A stretch of DNA of 25,655 nt from assembly GCA_024626585.2 (NCBI GenBank), contig JANKJI020000004.1:31730693-31756347 (forward strand), in the 5' to 3' direction. Shown piece after piece: positions 9,932 to 23,642 of this stretch. Numbering within the stretch: position 1 is the stretch's first letter; every line of letters starts with the position of its first letter. This DNA comes from Ginkgo biloba. Lineage: Eukaryota > Plantae > Ginkgophyta. The position numbers and the translations under genes were made by a program. The notes under the pieces are model-generated. The model ran no database searches. It saw only the letters and a program-made list of their open reading frames with translations, and was not told where the DNA came from.

Positions 9932-11164
9932 NNNNNNNNNNNNNNNNNNNNNNNNNNNNNNNNNNNNNNNNNNNNNNNNNNNNNNNNNNNNNNNNNNNNN
10001 NNNNNNNNNNNNNNNNNNNNNNNNNNNNNNNNNNNNNNNNNNNNNNNNNNNNNNNNNNNNNNNNNNNNNNNNNNNNNNNNNNNNNNNNNNNNNNNNNNNN
10101 NNNNNNNNNNNNNNNNNNNNNNNNNNNNNNNNNNNNNNNNNNNNNNNNNNNNNNNNNNNNNNNNNNNNNNNNNNNNNNNNNNNNNNNNNNNNNNNNNNNN
10201 NNNNNNNNNNNNNNNNNNNNNNNNNNNNNNNNNNNNNNNNNNNNNNNNNNNNNNNNNNNNNNNNNNNNNNNNNNNNNNNNNNNNNNNNNNNNNNNNNNNN
10301 NNNNNNNNNNNNNNNNNNNNNNNNNNNNNNNNNNNNNNNNNNNNNNNNNNNNNNNNNNNNNNNNNNNNNNNNNNNNNNNNNNNNNNNNNNNNNNNNNNNN
10401 NNNNNNNNNNNNNNNGGAGATATGATAGTGGTCACACTCTTTGGCATGTGGCAGATTTAAGCCACTTACTTGTGTGCATTACTTTGGACATCATGTGTGT
10501 TTTCCAAGGAGATGTGAATAGGGATGGACCATTCATCATTTGGTGGGTTTAAACTGCATGCTCATGTGTATTTCCTTGGGCCTCATGCACACTTTCTGAT
10601 GAGGTTTAATGGTGGGCACAGTTTACGTTACAGCACACCCCCCCCACACCCCCAAGCTAACCTTTAGAACTTGCATCATGCTTAGCAAATGAGTAATCCG
10701 ACTCTATAATAGGATCCACCCATTGCTCATAAGCCTAGTGACTTAACAAGACCAGAAGGGGGCTTATGTCATAGATGATACCCCAACATCCAATCGAGAA
10801 CACCACAGATTTAAGACCTATATAGAACTCAATCATGCTGCTAGTAGCATTATATGAGATCCACCCATGTTATTGTAACTTCTCATAGATCAACCCAAGC
10901 TACTCATTGTTTAAAGAATTATCCACAACTTACGCATCCAACCTACTTGCAAGGCATCCAACTTGGGTATCAAGCCATACAAATAGAGCATCCATCCATA
11001 CAAGGCGTACTAGCACTCCCTCATAGTTAAATACCAAAGGTCTTTTAGGTCTTTCTAAACATATAAAAAGGCATCTAGTGTTTAAGCAACAAATGCACGC
11101 AAGCAACACTTTTCCCCATAACCAGGGGATTGCTTGTATTAATTTATGGTTCATTGTACTTGTA

Positions 11165-11500
11165 TTGAACGTTGAAGGCATTGGATAGGTGCCCATCATT
11201 ACATCGAAGGGGGAGAAAGGCTCTTATCTGGACGATGTTCTCTATGTACCGGGATTGATGGCCAACCTTATCTCTGTGGCACAGGTGGAGAATAGAACAC
11301 GAGTATTCTCTTTCAGCATGGTATATGTATCATCAGAGACAACAAAAACAAGGTTGTAGCAGTTGGTACTAGAGTAGATAATTTGTATAAACTAAATGGC
11401 AAATCTGAGAACCAAAGAGCCTTCATTGTTGTATCTGAAAAACAGAAATTATGGCATGAACAAATGGGTCATTTGCACTATATGAGTCTTCAGTTGTTGC
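11165..11500 (+). mobile_element. Ty1/copia pol remnant (post-protease beta-barrel and GAG-pre-integrase region)
   Basis: VEGIG*VPI...LDDVLYVPGLMANLISVAQ, a frameshift, then CIIRDNKNKVVAVGTRVDNLYKL...KLWHEQMGH; matches the copia VLYVP.L..NL.SV and LWH.RLGH motifs. Confidence 0.9.
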
Positions 11501-12020
11501 NNNNNNNNNNNNNNNNNNNNNNNNNNNNNNNNNNNNNNNNNNNNNNNNNNNNNNNNNNNNNNNNNNNNNNNNNNNNNNNNNNNNNNNNNNNNNNNNNNNN
11601 AAAAGCCAAGTTAATCTTATCTTGGGAGTTGTGAAAAAAGGACAAGTTTCCTTAGAGGCCAATATTTGTGTATTACAACTGATGGTGAGTTCATTGGGGA
11701 AAAGGGTGAAGAGAGAGAAAAAAGTAAAGAGAAGGGCCCGAAAGGTGTTTTAGAATGATGCCTTCATTAGAATGATGATGTGTTAGTTTTGAGCCATAGA
11801 AGGGTTCTTAGGGCATGGGACAACTCCAAGGTCAAGTCTAGTCCTTATGTGGGAGCTTGTGCAAAATTTTTCTTATATATATGGAGATTACTACTGGCTT
11901 TAGTAGCTCTATCATCATTATTCTCCTCTTTTGAACTGAGCACCTCACTTCTCTCTCTCTTATCTTATCGTTTGGCTAACTTGAGAAGTCACTATCCTTC
12001 TATGCTAATTTTCTACATGT

Positions 12021-14910
12021 TGTAACAACCTGTTTTCTCCAGAAAGCGATGCAGTTCTAGAGGTATTCTGCACATCTAAGTGCTCAGATCTCTTTCTCAA
12101 GTTGAGGCATAGTTGGACCATTTTAACCATATAGAAGTTGTTATTCGAGGTTGTTGGAGAGCCAAAAGGGTGATGCAAGCATTGCGGGAGGGTAGCAATT
12201 GGTTTCTAGTTGCATTTCTGCATCATTTGATCCTTCTAAGCAAGTCACTTCAATCTGGACTACAAATAGGAGTCATTTTGCTCCATAGAAGTGATTGGTA
12301 GCTTTAGTTCAAGGCTTTCATCCGGTTAAGTTATCGATTATGTAAGTATTCTGCAAAGCCTAATCTGCAGTATTTTCTAGCTACCATAAATTAATGGGAG
12401 TTTTTGCAATTTTTATACAGAATTCTATTTTCTAGTTTAAGCATGGGTAATTCATAGCTGAAAACCCTAATTATGAACAAATAACCTATTCTAACTAGGG
12501 TGCCCCTGGTTAAGAGGTTGTTTCACTACATTTATGATTATTTATTATTCCTTTATGGTTGGTTTAATGTAAATAATATAGTAGAATATGCTAAAACGAA
12601 TATTTTGAAAATTGCCTTGCTTTACTATAGAAAAATCCTAACGGCTATGTCTAGGGCAATTAAGTCTTTGATCAAAGACCTGTTGGGGGATCTGTGTCCC
12701 TTATTAAGGGTGCCTCTATTTGAGGCTTTATCTGGCCCTATACATGCACATTTTTGGGTTAACCAGAAAAAGAGCATAGATACCCCAATGAGGGTTGAGT
12801 TGATGCTTAGGGTTACCCTCTTCTACCAATTTCTATAGTCCATTGGTGCAACCATAGGGCTACAATCTGTTGATGCAACAATATGTTATGGCATGTTGGT
12901 GCAACCATAAGTCTAGGTCTGTTGGTATAGCCATAGGAGTATTTAACAATAGAATTCTCGTTCTAGGGTTTCTTGTTGTAGTCGTAGGGTTTGGTACCAA
13001 AAGTTAATATATATAAATAATTTGCAACTAGGAATGGATACCCTAACTAATAGGGTTATCCCAATGCAAAAGAAAGGGTTCAAACATGCCTACGACTATC
13101 ACACTTACTAGTGTAGGGTTAAGGGGTGGAGCTTAGTAGAATATTAATAACTACAATGCATTGACTGTTAGCATGTTATGCACCTGTATAGTAATCCCTT
13201 TTAGGCAGTCCCCACAACCAACAATAGGTAGTTGGTGTCGTTACTACAAGTGGACCTTGGTCAAATAGCTTCCTCTACTAAAACCTATAAATTAATGTAA
13301 ATTGTTTTATGTCTGCATCAATTAACATAAATAAATAACTGCTTTGTATGGGTACTTCTGCACTCCAAATTTATGATTGCATTTAAATTATATTTTCTCT
13401 CTTCATTACAATGGCATAATAATTGTGCGTTTAGTAAGTGGAACATTGGTAGTTAATAGCTCTACCTTATGTCCTCACTTTACACTAACACGATGCATTC
13501 TAAGTTAACATAAGTGAACACTTGTCATGTATGTGGAAATGTATGATAATTGATCATGATTGAATGTGGCATCATTACAGTTAAGTGTATCGGCATGTGC
13601 ATGTGAATGATATAATTTAAACTCGAGGTTTGTATTGCTATAGTGTTGCATTTGTAGAGATAAAAAATCCACTTAATGGCATGTATATTTAGTAGATAAA
13701 CAAGGAGAATGTGATGTGGAATCACATCAATAAACACCTAATTTAATAGGATCGAAATTAAGTTCGGTGAGAAGAGATGCAAAGAGGCAAACTGGTGCTC
13801 AGCAAGAGCAAAACACTAAGTGAAAGAACCAACTCAAAATCTTCTTTATTTATAAGTGAATACAANNNNNNNNNNNNNNNNNNNNNNNNNNNNNNNNNNN
13901 NNNNNNNNNNNNNNNNNNNNNNNNNNNNNNNNNNNNNNNNNNNNNNNNNNNNNNNNNNNNNNNNNCATTAATTTATGGTAGCAAAAATATATTGCAAAGT
14001 TAGGGTTGTAAAAAAATCACCAAGTAGAAACTTAACCAAACAAATATCTCAAGTTGATACTACCAAGTGCCTTTAGGGTTAGAAACACCCCTCCTTTATA
14101 ACTCCAAATCCAAAGAATTGCTTTAAAGTGCCAATCTGTGTAGTAACTCTCTCCCCAAAACCAATGGTTGCTCTCCTAGAAAGCTCGTGTCACCTTCCAA
14201 AGGTTCCTAGTGCTCAATACTATAGTAAAAAGCTATGCAAACACCTCTGTTGAGGTCACCTTGTCCTAAAGAAGAAATATAAGCACTCAAAGATGCAAAA
14301 AGGACTCTAGATTAGTGCTATACTGAAGACACCCCAACTCCACAACATGCAAAATATATAACAAAGTAATCTAGTGACTTTCTAGGTTAGTAGAATCAAG
14401 CCAAAATACAAAAAATGGGTAGAAAGAAAAAAGGCGCATTGCTTAGAAGAAGAGAATGATAATATATGAGTTGTTGAAGCCCACAATAGACCACATATAA
14501 ATAAGAATCACTAGGCTCCATCGCCCACATAAGGGCTAGACTTAAGCTTGGAGCTGCCCACATGCTTTAAGAGCCCTTTGTGGCTCTAAGCTCACAAATG
14601 TCACTAGTTGAAAGGAGGCACCCTTAGCTAGAACACCCCTAGGGCTCTTGCCTTCCCCATTTTCTCTCTCCTCAACACCACTATCTCACATAGCTGAAGG
14701 ACCCATGAACTCACCTCTGAATATCAGTTGACCTTCACACTTCCCGAGGTAAGATTCACTTGGCTTTTCTAGGCTGCAACACAATCTCTTCTTAGTCTAG
14801 GCCTACCTCTCCAAACTATGGAAGAACGTCTCTTAGTGACTTAGACAAGTCTGAGAGGGTGCTCCTAATGGTCTGTGTTGGAGGCCGATGCCTAGCTCAG
14901 GTTTTTTGAC
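12021..14910. mobile_element. Non-coding, LTR-like decayed repeat block(s) filling the NBD1 intron
   Basis: Starts with TGTAACAACC (gypsy-like LTR 5' end); no coding signal and strongly CpG-depleted. Boundaries and number of elements are not resolvable. Confidence 0.35.
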
Positions 14911-15803
14911 ATGTATTTCAGTAAAAGGCAACATGAAGGAAGCAAAATAAAATGGACCGTGGAGCATTGAACTAAAGCATAGAGCACAAAAGGAGCAAAA
15001 CATAGATGATAATCACCTTTCCACTAATCAAAAAACCATCAAACACTACAAAAGCTCATGTAGAGAAAATGAATACACCTCTGCCACAACAAGAGGTGGA
15101 AGAAAAGAAAGCAAGAAGGGTGACTACCAAGAAGAATACAAACAATGAATGCAAAAGGTCAATGCAATAGAGAGAAACAAAGTATCCTATACGCCACAAG
15201 AATAAAAATAACCAATTGAAGAGGAGAACTACTTGACCTAAGGACACAAAAAATCCAACACAACTGAACCAAACAAAGCAGAGGGACCGCAGGATCCTTA
15301 NNNNNNNNNNNNNNNNNNNNNNNNNNNNNNNNNNNNNNNNNNNNNNNNNNNNNNNNNNNNNNNNNNNNNNNNNNNNNNNNNNNNNNNNNNNNNNNNNNNN
15401 NNNNNNNNNNNNNNNNNNNNNNNNNNNNNNNNNNNNNNNNNNNNNNNNNNNNNNNNNNNNNNNNNNNNNNNNNNNNNNNNNNNNNNNNNNNNNNNNNNNN
15501 NNNNNNNNNNNNNNNNNNNNNNNNNNNNNNNNNNNNNNNNNNNNNNNNNNNNNNNNNNNNNNNNNNNNNNNNNNNNNNNNNNNNNNNNNNNNNNNNNNNN
15601 NNNNNNNNNNNNNNNNNNNNNNNNNNNNNNNNNNNNNNNNNNNNNNNNNNNNNNNNNNNNNNNNNNNNNNNNNNNNNNNNNNNNNNNNNNNNNNNNNNNN
15701 NNNNNNNNNNNNNNNNNNNNNNNNNNNNNNNNNNNNNNNNNNNNNNNNNNNNNNNNNNNNNNNNNNNNNNNNNNNNNNNNNNNNNNNNNNNNNNNNNNNN
15801 NNN

Positions 15804-15828
15804 ACGTGTTTCCTTTGGGTGTCACTAC
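15804..15828 (-). CDS. ABCD1: ABCD1 exon, 5' part only (VVTPKGNT...), runs into N gap 15301-15803
   Basis: Acceptor gacag before 15828 after a 164-nt intron; matches CTS VVTPTGNVL. Confidence 0.9.
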
Positions 15829-15992
15829 CTGTCGACCAAAGTGCACGTGTGAGAAAGCATATGGTTCAACAAGAACCTAAAACCTCAAAAATAAGATAGA
15901 AAATTAAAAGATACTTCCAACTGATACAATCATCATTTCCAACAAGAAAAAATTAAGAATGTGTGTGAGAACTTAAGGCCAGTTTAAACTAC

Positions 15993-16131
15993 CTTAACAC
16001 CCTCAAATTCTATGCAATTTGCTTCTGTGAAATAGCTTCTGCTCTCCATATTTTGGATTGTGTGGCTGCCACCAGCAACCCTCAGTTCTCTTGCTACAAT
16101 CATAAGTTCCCTTATACGGTCTGCATAACCA
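15993..16131 (-). CDS. ABCD1: ABCD1 exon (end of TMD1 to start of NBD1): (S)GYADRIRELMIVARELRVAGGSHTIQNMESRSYFTEANCIEFEGVK
   Basis: Manual translation (not in the ORF track); acceptor ttgcag immediately before 16131, donor gtagtt after 15993; matches CTS GYADRIHELM...EANYVEFSDVK. Confidence 0.95.
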
Positions 16132-19100
16132 CTGCAAGTCAAAGAAATGCGAGCTCAAACAACTAAAACACAGCTAGAAAATTTTATAAATAAGTGTCCA
16201 TGGCATGCTTTTCATAGTAATAAATTATACAGATATTTATGGGACATTAATAAACAATATGATTTTTCCAAAATTTGCATGGTTACCACAGAATGCCTTT
16301 TATATGAAAGTAAACGCATTTCCCACATACTTTTTGAATGTGAAACTTTGCACTTTGCCGTGTTTCACCTTTCACATTTAGGGAAACTACATGGTTTCAT
16401 GAAAGAGAGATGTTTCACACATTTTCCAAAAAATGCAAAACTTTGGTATTCAAAAACTGACTGGCATTTTAGGGCTGCTAGGAAGAGTTACTATGTGAAA
16501 AATTAAACTACTCTGACTAAACTTTCCAGAAAGACCTAACACAGTCACAGGCACCAAAAATGTTTCCCCCCCCAGCTGCCTAAAGCCCCAAGATGTGAGG
16601 TATAAGCAGCAAGGCAAATAACATAGAAAATATAAACAGAAATTCAACACAAAAAAAGGGTCAAATGTGAGAATTGGGAAGGAAAACAGAGCTCAATAAT
16701 GATGAGAAGGGCGCATAAGGTTGGAAGAGGGGATATAGGCCATAGAAAATTAAAAATAAAGGCACCCTAAAAAAGAAGATGCGAACTAGAGGGAAGAAAG
16801 GAATGCATCAAGTACGAAAAGAGATAAAAAATGAAAACCAGTCGATCTCCAAGCCACCCTGCTGCCCCTGCCCCCCCAAACACACAGAATACAATCAATG
16901 ACCAACAGCAACATAAATTATGGTCAGCATCTCACAAAACCGACCAACGTATATGAATAAAAACAAGAATGGAACTACTCAATCTATTGCAATTCTACTA
17001 TTGTGAACCCACACCTTCAAGAGTTGAAACAGTAACAAACTATCGAATGCTCAGCATAAATCTTATCTACAGTTACAACTAGCAATTATTAGAGTTGACA
17101 GGGGCCCTTCTGCAAATGCTAATAACTTCTGTAATGCTATTGAATCACCAAAATTGTCCATATTCTTATTTCATTTGCTAAGTATTTATACATATTTCCA
17201 TCATATATGTCTAACCATCCATAAATAACAAGAATAGTTAGTAGTTATATTGTAATCACAAAAATATATAATAGTCTTCCTAGTCATAGACTGACTGGAA
17301 AATATATTACATACTGGTGACTTCTAGTTACCAGTCACCAAGTGATCGGTAAGTACATTTAAGCTCGGTCACAAACATAGGTTATTTTACATGCACCAAA
17401 AGGAAATGAAATTTAGAAATATAAATAAAAAATGTCATTAAGATGGTTGATATGTTGATATGATCTTGAAGTCATACTCCTTTTGTTAGCAACCTCCAAC
17501 GCCATACCTACCAAATTGCTAAATTATGANNNNNNNNNNNNNNNNNNNNNNNNNNNNNNNNNNNNNNNNNNNNNNNNNNNNNNNNNNNNNNNNNNNNNNN
17601 NNNNNNNNNNNNNNNNNNNNNNNNNNNNNNNNNNNNNNNNNNNNNNNNNNNNNNNNNNNNNNNNNNNNNNNNNNNNNNNNNNNNNNNNNNNNNNNNNNNN
17701 NNNNNNNNNNNNNNNNNNNNNNNNNNNNNNNNNNNNNNNNNNNNNNNNNNNNNNNNNNNNNNNNNNNNNNNNNNNNNNNNNNNNNNNNNNNNNNNNNNNN
17801 NNNNNNNNNNNNNNNNNNNNNNNNNNNNNNNNNNNNNNNNNNNNNNNNNNNNNNNNNNNNNNNNNNNNNNNNNNNNNNNNNNNNNNNNNNNNNNNNNNNN
17901 NNNNNNNNNNNNNNNNNNNNNNNNNNNNNNNNNNNNNNNNNNNNNNNNNNNNNNNNNNNNNNNNNNNNNNNNNNNNNNNNNNNNNNNNNNNNNNNNNNNN
18001 NNNNNNNNNNNNNNNNNNNNNNNNNNNNNNNNNNNNNNNNNNNNNNNNNNNNNNNNNNNNNNNNNNNNNNNNNNNNNNNNNNNNNNNNNNNNNNNNNNNN
18101 NNNNNNNNNNNNNNNNNNNNNNNNNNNNNNNNNNNNNNNNNNNNNNNNNNNNCCAACTAACATGCTGAGCAAGGAATTTATCAAGGAAGAAGGGTAGATA
18201 TACATTCCAATTTACAAGGATGAGAGACTAACCCGTCTTAATAATGCCAAAACATGGATGCAATTACAAAAACCAGGAGGGAAAAAAATATGGAATCAAA
18301 ATTGACATGGATAATAGTAATAAGTATGTTTGAGGATGATAAATGATATTCTTATTCTTCAAAATTATAATCTGATCATCCTGGTTTTGGCAGCCCACAA
18401 GAATTATTACTCTTCAAAACAGAGAAATTGACACTTCAAGGAATCAAACCCATAACCTCTACTATCATGCAAGCTTATTCAAGCTCTCAAACGTGGTTTC
18501 CAGGTGTACATTTCTAGTTTCAAACTACCTTACATGTTATTCTTGATCTTTAAGGTTTTGAACCAGTAATCTATCTTATTCTCCAGGCTCATGTACTGGT
18601 TTCTGGGATTAAAAATTGTTTTCCCAAGCCCATTGAATTGGCATTTAAAGTCTATAGTCAATTGAATAGGTGGAGTTAAAGAAACGCAGAACTTCATATC
18701 TTGGTGAGCAAGATGGATGACTTATGGTAAAAATAAATCTTTCCAAAGTAATGATAAAATTACCTAGCTTGGTTAGCAAATCACCTACTTTCAAAGCTAG
18801 ACGAGTGGCATATGNNNNNNNNNNNNNNNNNNNNNNNNNNNNNNNNNNNNNNNNNNNNNNNNNNNNNNNNNNNNNNNNNNNNGATGAACTTGCCTACAAG
18901 CATGATTGGAAATTAACCAATACTGTTGTACTTTCCCTGGGGCCTCTCTTATAAACAATATGAAGTAGTTTGTGTTCAAGAAAAAAAAATGCATTTAACT
19001 TGAGCACCATCTATGACAGTACAGCCTTTCAGATCTCTAAACTTCGATTATGAGATATGTATTCTCTCAAATCCAGTGTTAAGATTTCAGCTGCTCTTGT

Positions 19101-19679
19101 TTTTCCTACTCATGATGTTATCAGAAGCAAANNNNNNNNNNNNNNNNNNNNNNNNNNNNNNNNNNNNNNNNNNACCAGTACCATTTTGCTATACATTATA
19201 AAGCAAAAAGTATTTTTTTGAGAAGGCAACATAAAAATGACAGAAAGTAGACCTGAGTCTGTTAAGCCGTCGAGTACTAATAGACACTGTCCCCATAGCA
19301 TAGAATAAAGATATAATTACACTTGTATGATAGCGCATATTGCTTAACATCTCAGCTCGTCCTAATGTCGACTTATCAGGTTTTAAATTGCCAGAAAAGA
19401 ATGGTNNNNNNNNNNNNNNNNNNNNNNNNNNNNNNNNNNNNNNNNNNNNNNNNNNNNNNNNNNNNNNNNNNNNNNNNNNNNNNNNNNNNNNNNNNNNNNN
19501 NNNNNACTAATTATTCTTATAAATTATGTGTTTGAATTTGAAGTTGATTTAAATGTCTAATACACACGGATATTATGTGAGTTTTTATGTACATGTACAA
19601 GTGTATCTTTATATTCATAAATGCACATATGTATAAGCATACATGTGCAATACAAAATCTTATCTAAGATAAATGACTA

Positions 19680-19822
19680 TTCATGGTCACGATCATTATT
19701 ATCACCAATGTTGATATCGTCATCATCTTCATGCCTATTATTGTTGTTAATTTCATCATCATTATTACAATTGTCATTTGTATATCTATCATCATTGTCC
19801 CCATTGTCATCATCAATTATAT
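19680..19822. repeat. Degenerate (ATC/TTG/ATT)n low-complexity trinucleotide tract
   Basis: Repeated tca/tta/ttg triplets are visible; they give the spurious Ser/Leu-rich ORF 19621-19824. Confidence 0.7.
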
Positions 19823-20007
19823 AAATTAAGAGGTTAGTAAAAAATATATAAGCTAAGTACTATAGTTCAAATCAAACTTAATTTTGAATTTCAAAGAAAG
19901 GCAATGTGTGTGCCTTATTAGAATGCCAAAACAAAAACACAGACAAGCTGGAGTCTTGTATTCAAAGCTGTAAAATGATGAGATAAGCAAAAGCTAAACG
20001 TCATTAC

Positions 20008-20205
20008 CAAAATCCAAAGAACATATTTAGGACTTGCATAAGAACAAAGACGCCATGTATAGAGAACTGCATCAGTAACTGCTGTCAAATCTTCTTGTAT
20101 AAGATCACTCAACTCCGAGCAGAACCTTGGAATGTCACTGGCGATTCGTTGTTCTGGATTAGATATGCGGCCATCCACATGAGACATTTTGTAGTATGAC
20201 ATGTT
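20008..20205 (-). CDS. ABCD1: ABCD1 exon (TMD1): NMSYYKMSHVDGRISNPEQRIASDIPRFCSELSDLIQEDLTAVTDAVLYTWRLCSYASPKYVLWIL
   Basis: 198 nt, 66 codons; acceptor tgcag at 20210-20206, donor gtaatg from 20007; contains the ABCD N/HPEQRI motif. Confidence 0.97.
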
Positions 20206-23159
20206 CTGCAATAAAGCCAAACAATGATAACATTCAATGTTGAAAAAACACAACCAGTAGTTATCCACATTTTATCATTTATCAAACCACTTAATGATTC
20301 ATTCACTCTTGATGCAAAAAGGTTGGCCAAGGTTCCTGCACAAATTTCTGCCAACTCTTGCAAGCATGCATGGAAAACTCAATGAGACATCGGTCTTACT
20401 ACCTTCGCCAGTAAGCATCCTCACGAGGAAACATAGACTGGAGGTCAACCCCGATTAAGAGATTGGAGCTAATGGAGAATGAACAAAAGGAAGTCACATT
20501 GCACTTCACACGCTAATTACTTTAGAACACCAAGGAAGAATGAATTCTAATCAAAACTAAATACCAAGTGCTTAACAAAAGGAAAACATCACTGTCGAAA
20601 CTTGTTTGCATTATGTCACATTGTCCCAACATTAAAATGCAAATTCCAACTATGAATAGATTTAAGAGCCAACGGCTAATGAGGGTGGTGAGTTGCTTGC
20701 AAAAAAGTATTCTAGGGGCCTACTGTTCCCACCAGTGGTTTTAGAGGCATTGGCGGTACNNNNNNNNNNNNNNNNNNNNNNNNNNNNNNNNNNNNNNNNN
20801 NNNNNNNNNNNNNNNNNNNNNNNNNNNNNNNNNNNNNNNNNNNNNNNNNNNNNNNNNNNGAAATAGATGGCTATGATGTAGGTGCTAGATTATCAAAACC
20901 ACATGTAAAGGATGGATTCCCAAAACCACAAACGAAAAGCATAGATTCTGTTAAGCCCCAAGGGATGATGCTTGTATATAAGGGAGTGGGATCCCCTCAT
21001 AGATTTTGTAGAGTTGCATCTCAAATTGGATGTTCCTAGCTACATGAAGAGTAATCATCTACAATACAAGTCTTTTAAGTCTGACATGATTTGGCCATCT
21101 AACATAAGCCCAATATTTTGAAGTCATACTCTAAGTGGATCCCGTAATAGAATAGCACATTTTGTTGCTTTAATCTTAAATTGAGAGGAGGCTTGAAGCA
21201 AGCTCCATAGATAGTGCTCGAGGAGCCTGTAACACTAGTTTGAATGGGTGCCCGTCATTAATTGCCGTTAAGGACAACTTCACAAGAGGCCTAAAGGGTT
21301 TTCATATAAAAAGTCCATTAAAGTTACATTGAAAGACTTGTTTTGGAATTTATCTTGTTCAAAGCATTTATTCTTTGAGGGTTTCACCCTAAACCATAAC
21401 TCTTCATTTCCCTTTTAGAAATATTGCTCTCCATTTCTTTCATCATAGTATCTTAATCTCACAGGTATAATGTAAGTGGAATTGAAGGAATTTGGTTTTA
21501 GGTGTTGAGTTTTTAAGGAACTACTACAAAAGGCAAAAGACAATTGTGGACATTACTATCATATGCACTCAAGCAAGTTGTTCTATTATTATCTTTATTA
21601 TTCTTATGCCCTATTATTCTTCTAGTTCCTTCAAAAGTACATTCTACTTTGTTGTGCATTATACTTCATTGCATATCATCAAAACCATAAGTAGTTTTAC
21701 TAGGCCTTGGCTATTTTCCACCTGAAATGTCATTCATGTTTTATTTTGACCTAACTACCACCCATCATCTTTGTCCAACACCTTATGCTTCACCCCACAA
21801 CTATTCCATCATCAATGTTGACCAATGTTCTTTCTTCAATCTCACCATTGCAATCTACTAGCATTCACATGGCCTCTATAACATCAACCATTTTCAACAA
21901 AACGCCAATTAGCATTCGCACAAGACCCTGTTACCTCAACCATTTTCAATAATTTGCATCTATTGTTCATCCTTCTTAATGTCATCGCCTTATTAAAAAT
22001 AACTGTTAAGAACGTACTCACCTCATTCTAACCATTGTTTACTTGCATATACTTTTGCTAGATATCATTCATTTCCTCATATTGTTTTTCTACCGAAAAC
22101 ATGGTTTCATTAATCACTAAAAGGAGAATTATGTAAACACACAATAAAAGACCCAAAATGGTCACACAGATGACCAATCTAGAAGGTCGAACCTAGTTTA
22201 TGATACTTAACGTTTCACTAGGGGACATGGTTGGCACTACTCCTAAGACATGAAACCAACCGTAGGCATGACTGCCCCATTGGATTAGTTGGAGGCCAAA
22301 AGGTCAAACACAAAAAAAATCTGAAACACACTCAACACCAGAGAATGAGACAAACCTCTAGGCCAAACCATGTAACGCCGACAATCTCCATAAATGGGAA
22401 TAAACTTTTGATAAAAGAGATTATAATCAAGCTACAAAAGGCATGCACATGCGATTTAATACCTTGGGAAGGCAGGGCCAATAATCCCAAGACTAAACAA
22501 TCATATGCTACCAACCATCTTTTGCAATGTAGGTCCATCCATAAGTGACAATCTCAAACACTATAAGGGGATTAACATAGGCAAACATGAAGAATACAAA
22601 ACCAATAATCAAAATGCGATTCTCCTCTAGTAGATGGAAACTATGAACCACGTTGATATCCATCTTGCATTCCTGAATGGACGAGGCAACACAAGGAAAC
22701 TAGACAAGGAATGACAACCCTAGACATTGCCAACATTTTAGCTCTCTAAAACAACATCACTAAGATACAATCCCAACCACCTGATAAAGCCATCGCAAGA
22801 CAAAGAGAATGCAATGCTACCTCTATGGATTATCATAACCACGCTCAAATTAGCAAATAAGCAATTGTAATCCCTCTAAATGGGAACTCTGTAAAACACA
22901 AGCACCATAACCAACAAACACTTTTCAATTCATAGAGAAAATTCAAGCACCGACAATCTCCATGGAATCATCCAAGTGAGATTCTCCCTACCAAATGGTG
23001 CTTCTTGAGGCCACCAATGAGCTAGTTCTATACAATCATGAGGCTCCTCCTCCTCCTCAATGTCATCTTTTATTGATCAAAATAGTAATGGTCAACATAA
23101 CAATGGTTGTGACTAGTTGACCAAATGGAGAGGAGAAATAATATCTATATATCACCATA

Positions 23160-23642
23160 TTATTAGACTCATACTCAAATGTCTTTAAGAAGATAAAAGG
23201 ACTTCCACCAACTAGATAAGTGGAAGATAATATTAACTTATTTCCCACTTCAAATTTTCCTAATGGACCAGTGTATAATACCTAAATACTTAAGTCAACT
23301 AAGTTGAAGAGGAAAATTCATCAATTGATTGAGGATGTAATTATTTAGATGACTTCTAGTTTGTGTGGATCATCAATCCTTTTAGACCCCAAGAAAGATA
23401 TATCATCGTGACTATACATTGATCATTTGGATTTGAATAAAATTAAAATAAATAATCGCTATCCTTTACCATAGAATGATTATCTCATTGACTAGTTACA
23501 AAGTGATCGATATTTTACCAAGATTGATTTACAGTTAGGNNNNNNNNNNNNNNNNNNNNNNNNNNNNNNNNNTCAAAATATGGTTTAGGTTATTTGAGTG
23601 GCTTGTCATATTATTTGACTTGAAAAATTCTCCAGTCACTGT
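23160..23642 (+). mobile_element. Ty3/gypsy reverse transcriptase N-terminal remnant
   Basis: YSNVFKKIKGLPPTR*VEDNINLFP...PN; KKD; LNKIKINNRYPLP*NDYLID*LQ...FTKIDL; after the gap LFEWLVILFDLKNSP (cf. YEWLVMPFGLTNAP). Sequence from about 22100 to 23160 may be degraded gag/protease of the same element. Confidence 0.9.

Larger units (their letters stand above)
2735..20205 (-). other. ABCD1: Partial gene span: peroxisomal ABC transporter D family member 1 (COMATOSE/PXA1), N-terminal half (TMD1-NBD1-linker); further exons lie outside the window or in gaps on both sides
   Basis: Seven collinear minus-strand exon pieces translate to sequence matching plant ABCD1 in the correct order, with consistent GT/AG junctions and phases (e.g. 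AG|A Arg codon split between 9339 and 2849). Confidence 0.97.

Noticed and set aside
10680-11140. Possible minus-strand copia RT traces (YALYG, VDNSL)
   Set aside because: Too degenerate to distinguish from noise.
17315-17340. TGGTGACT...AGTCACCA hairpin
   Set aside because: An 8-bp stem is expected by chance in 25 kb; no MITE or miRNA-scale structure.
17483-18205. Long ORFs in the ORF track (also 9677-10552, 15298-15846 and 23801-24493)
   Set aside because: Their length comes from reading through N runs; only the parts annotated as ABCD1 exons are real.
20319-20334. Plus-strand RLAKV matches the ABCD1 N-terminal RLAKVQG
   Set aside because: Wrong strand, only five residues, and the flanks do not match.
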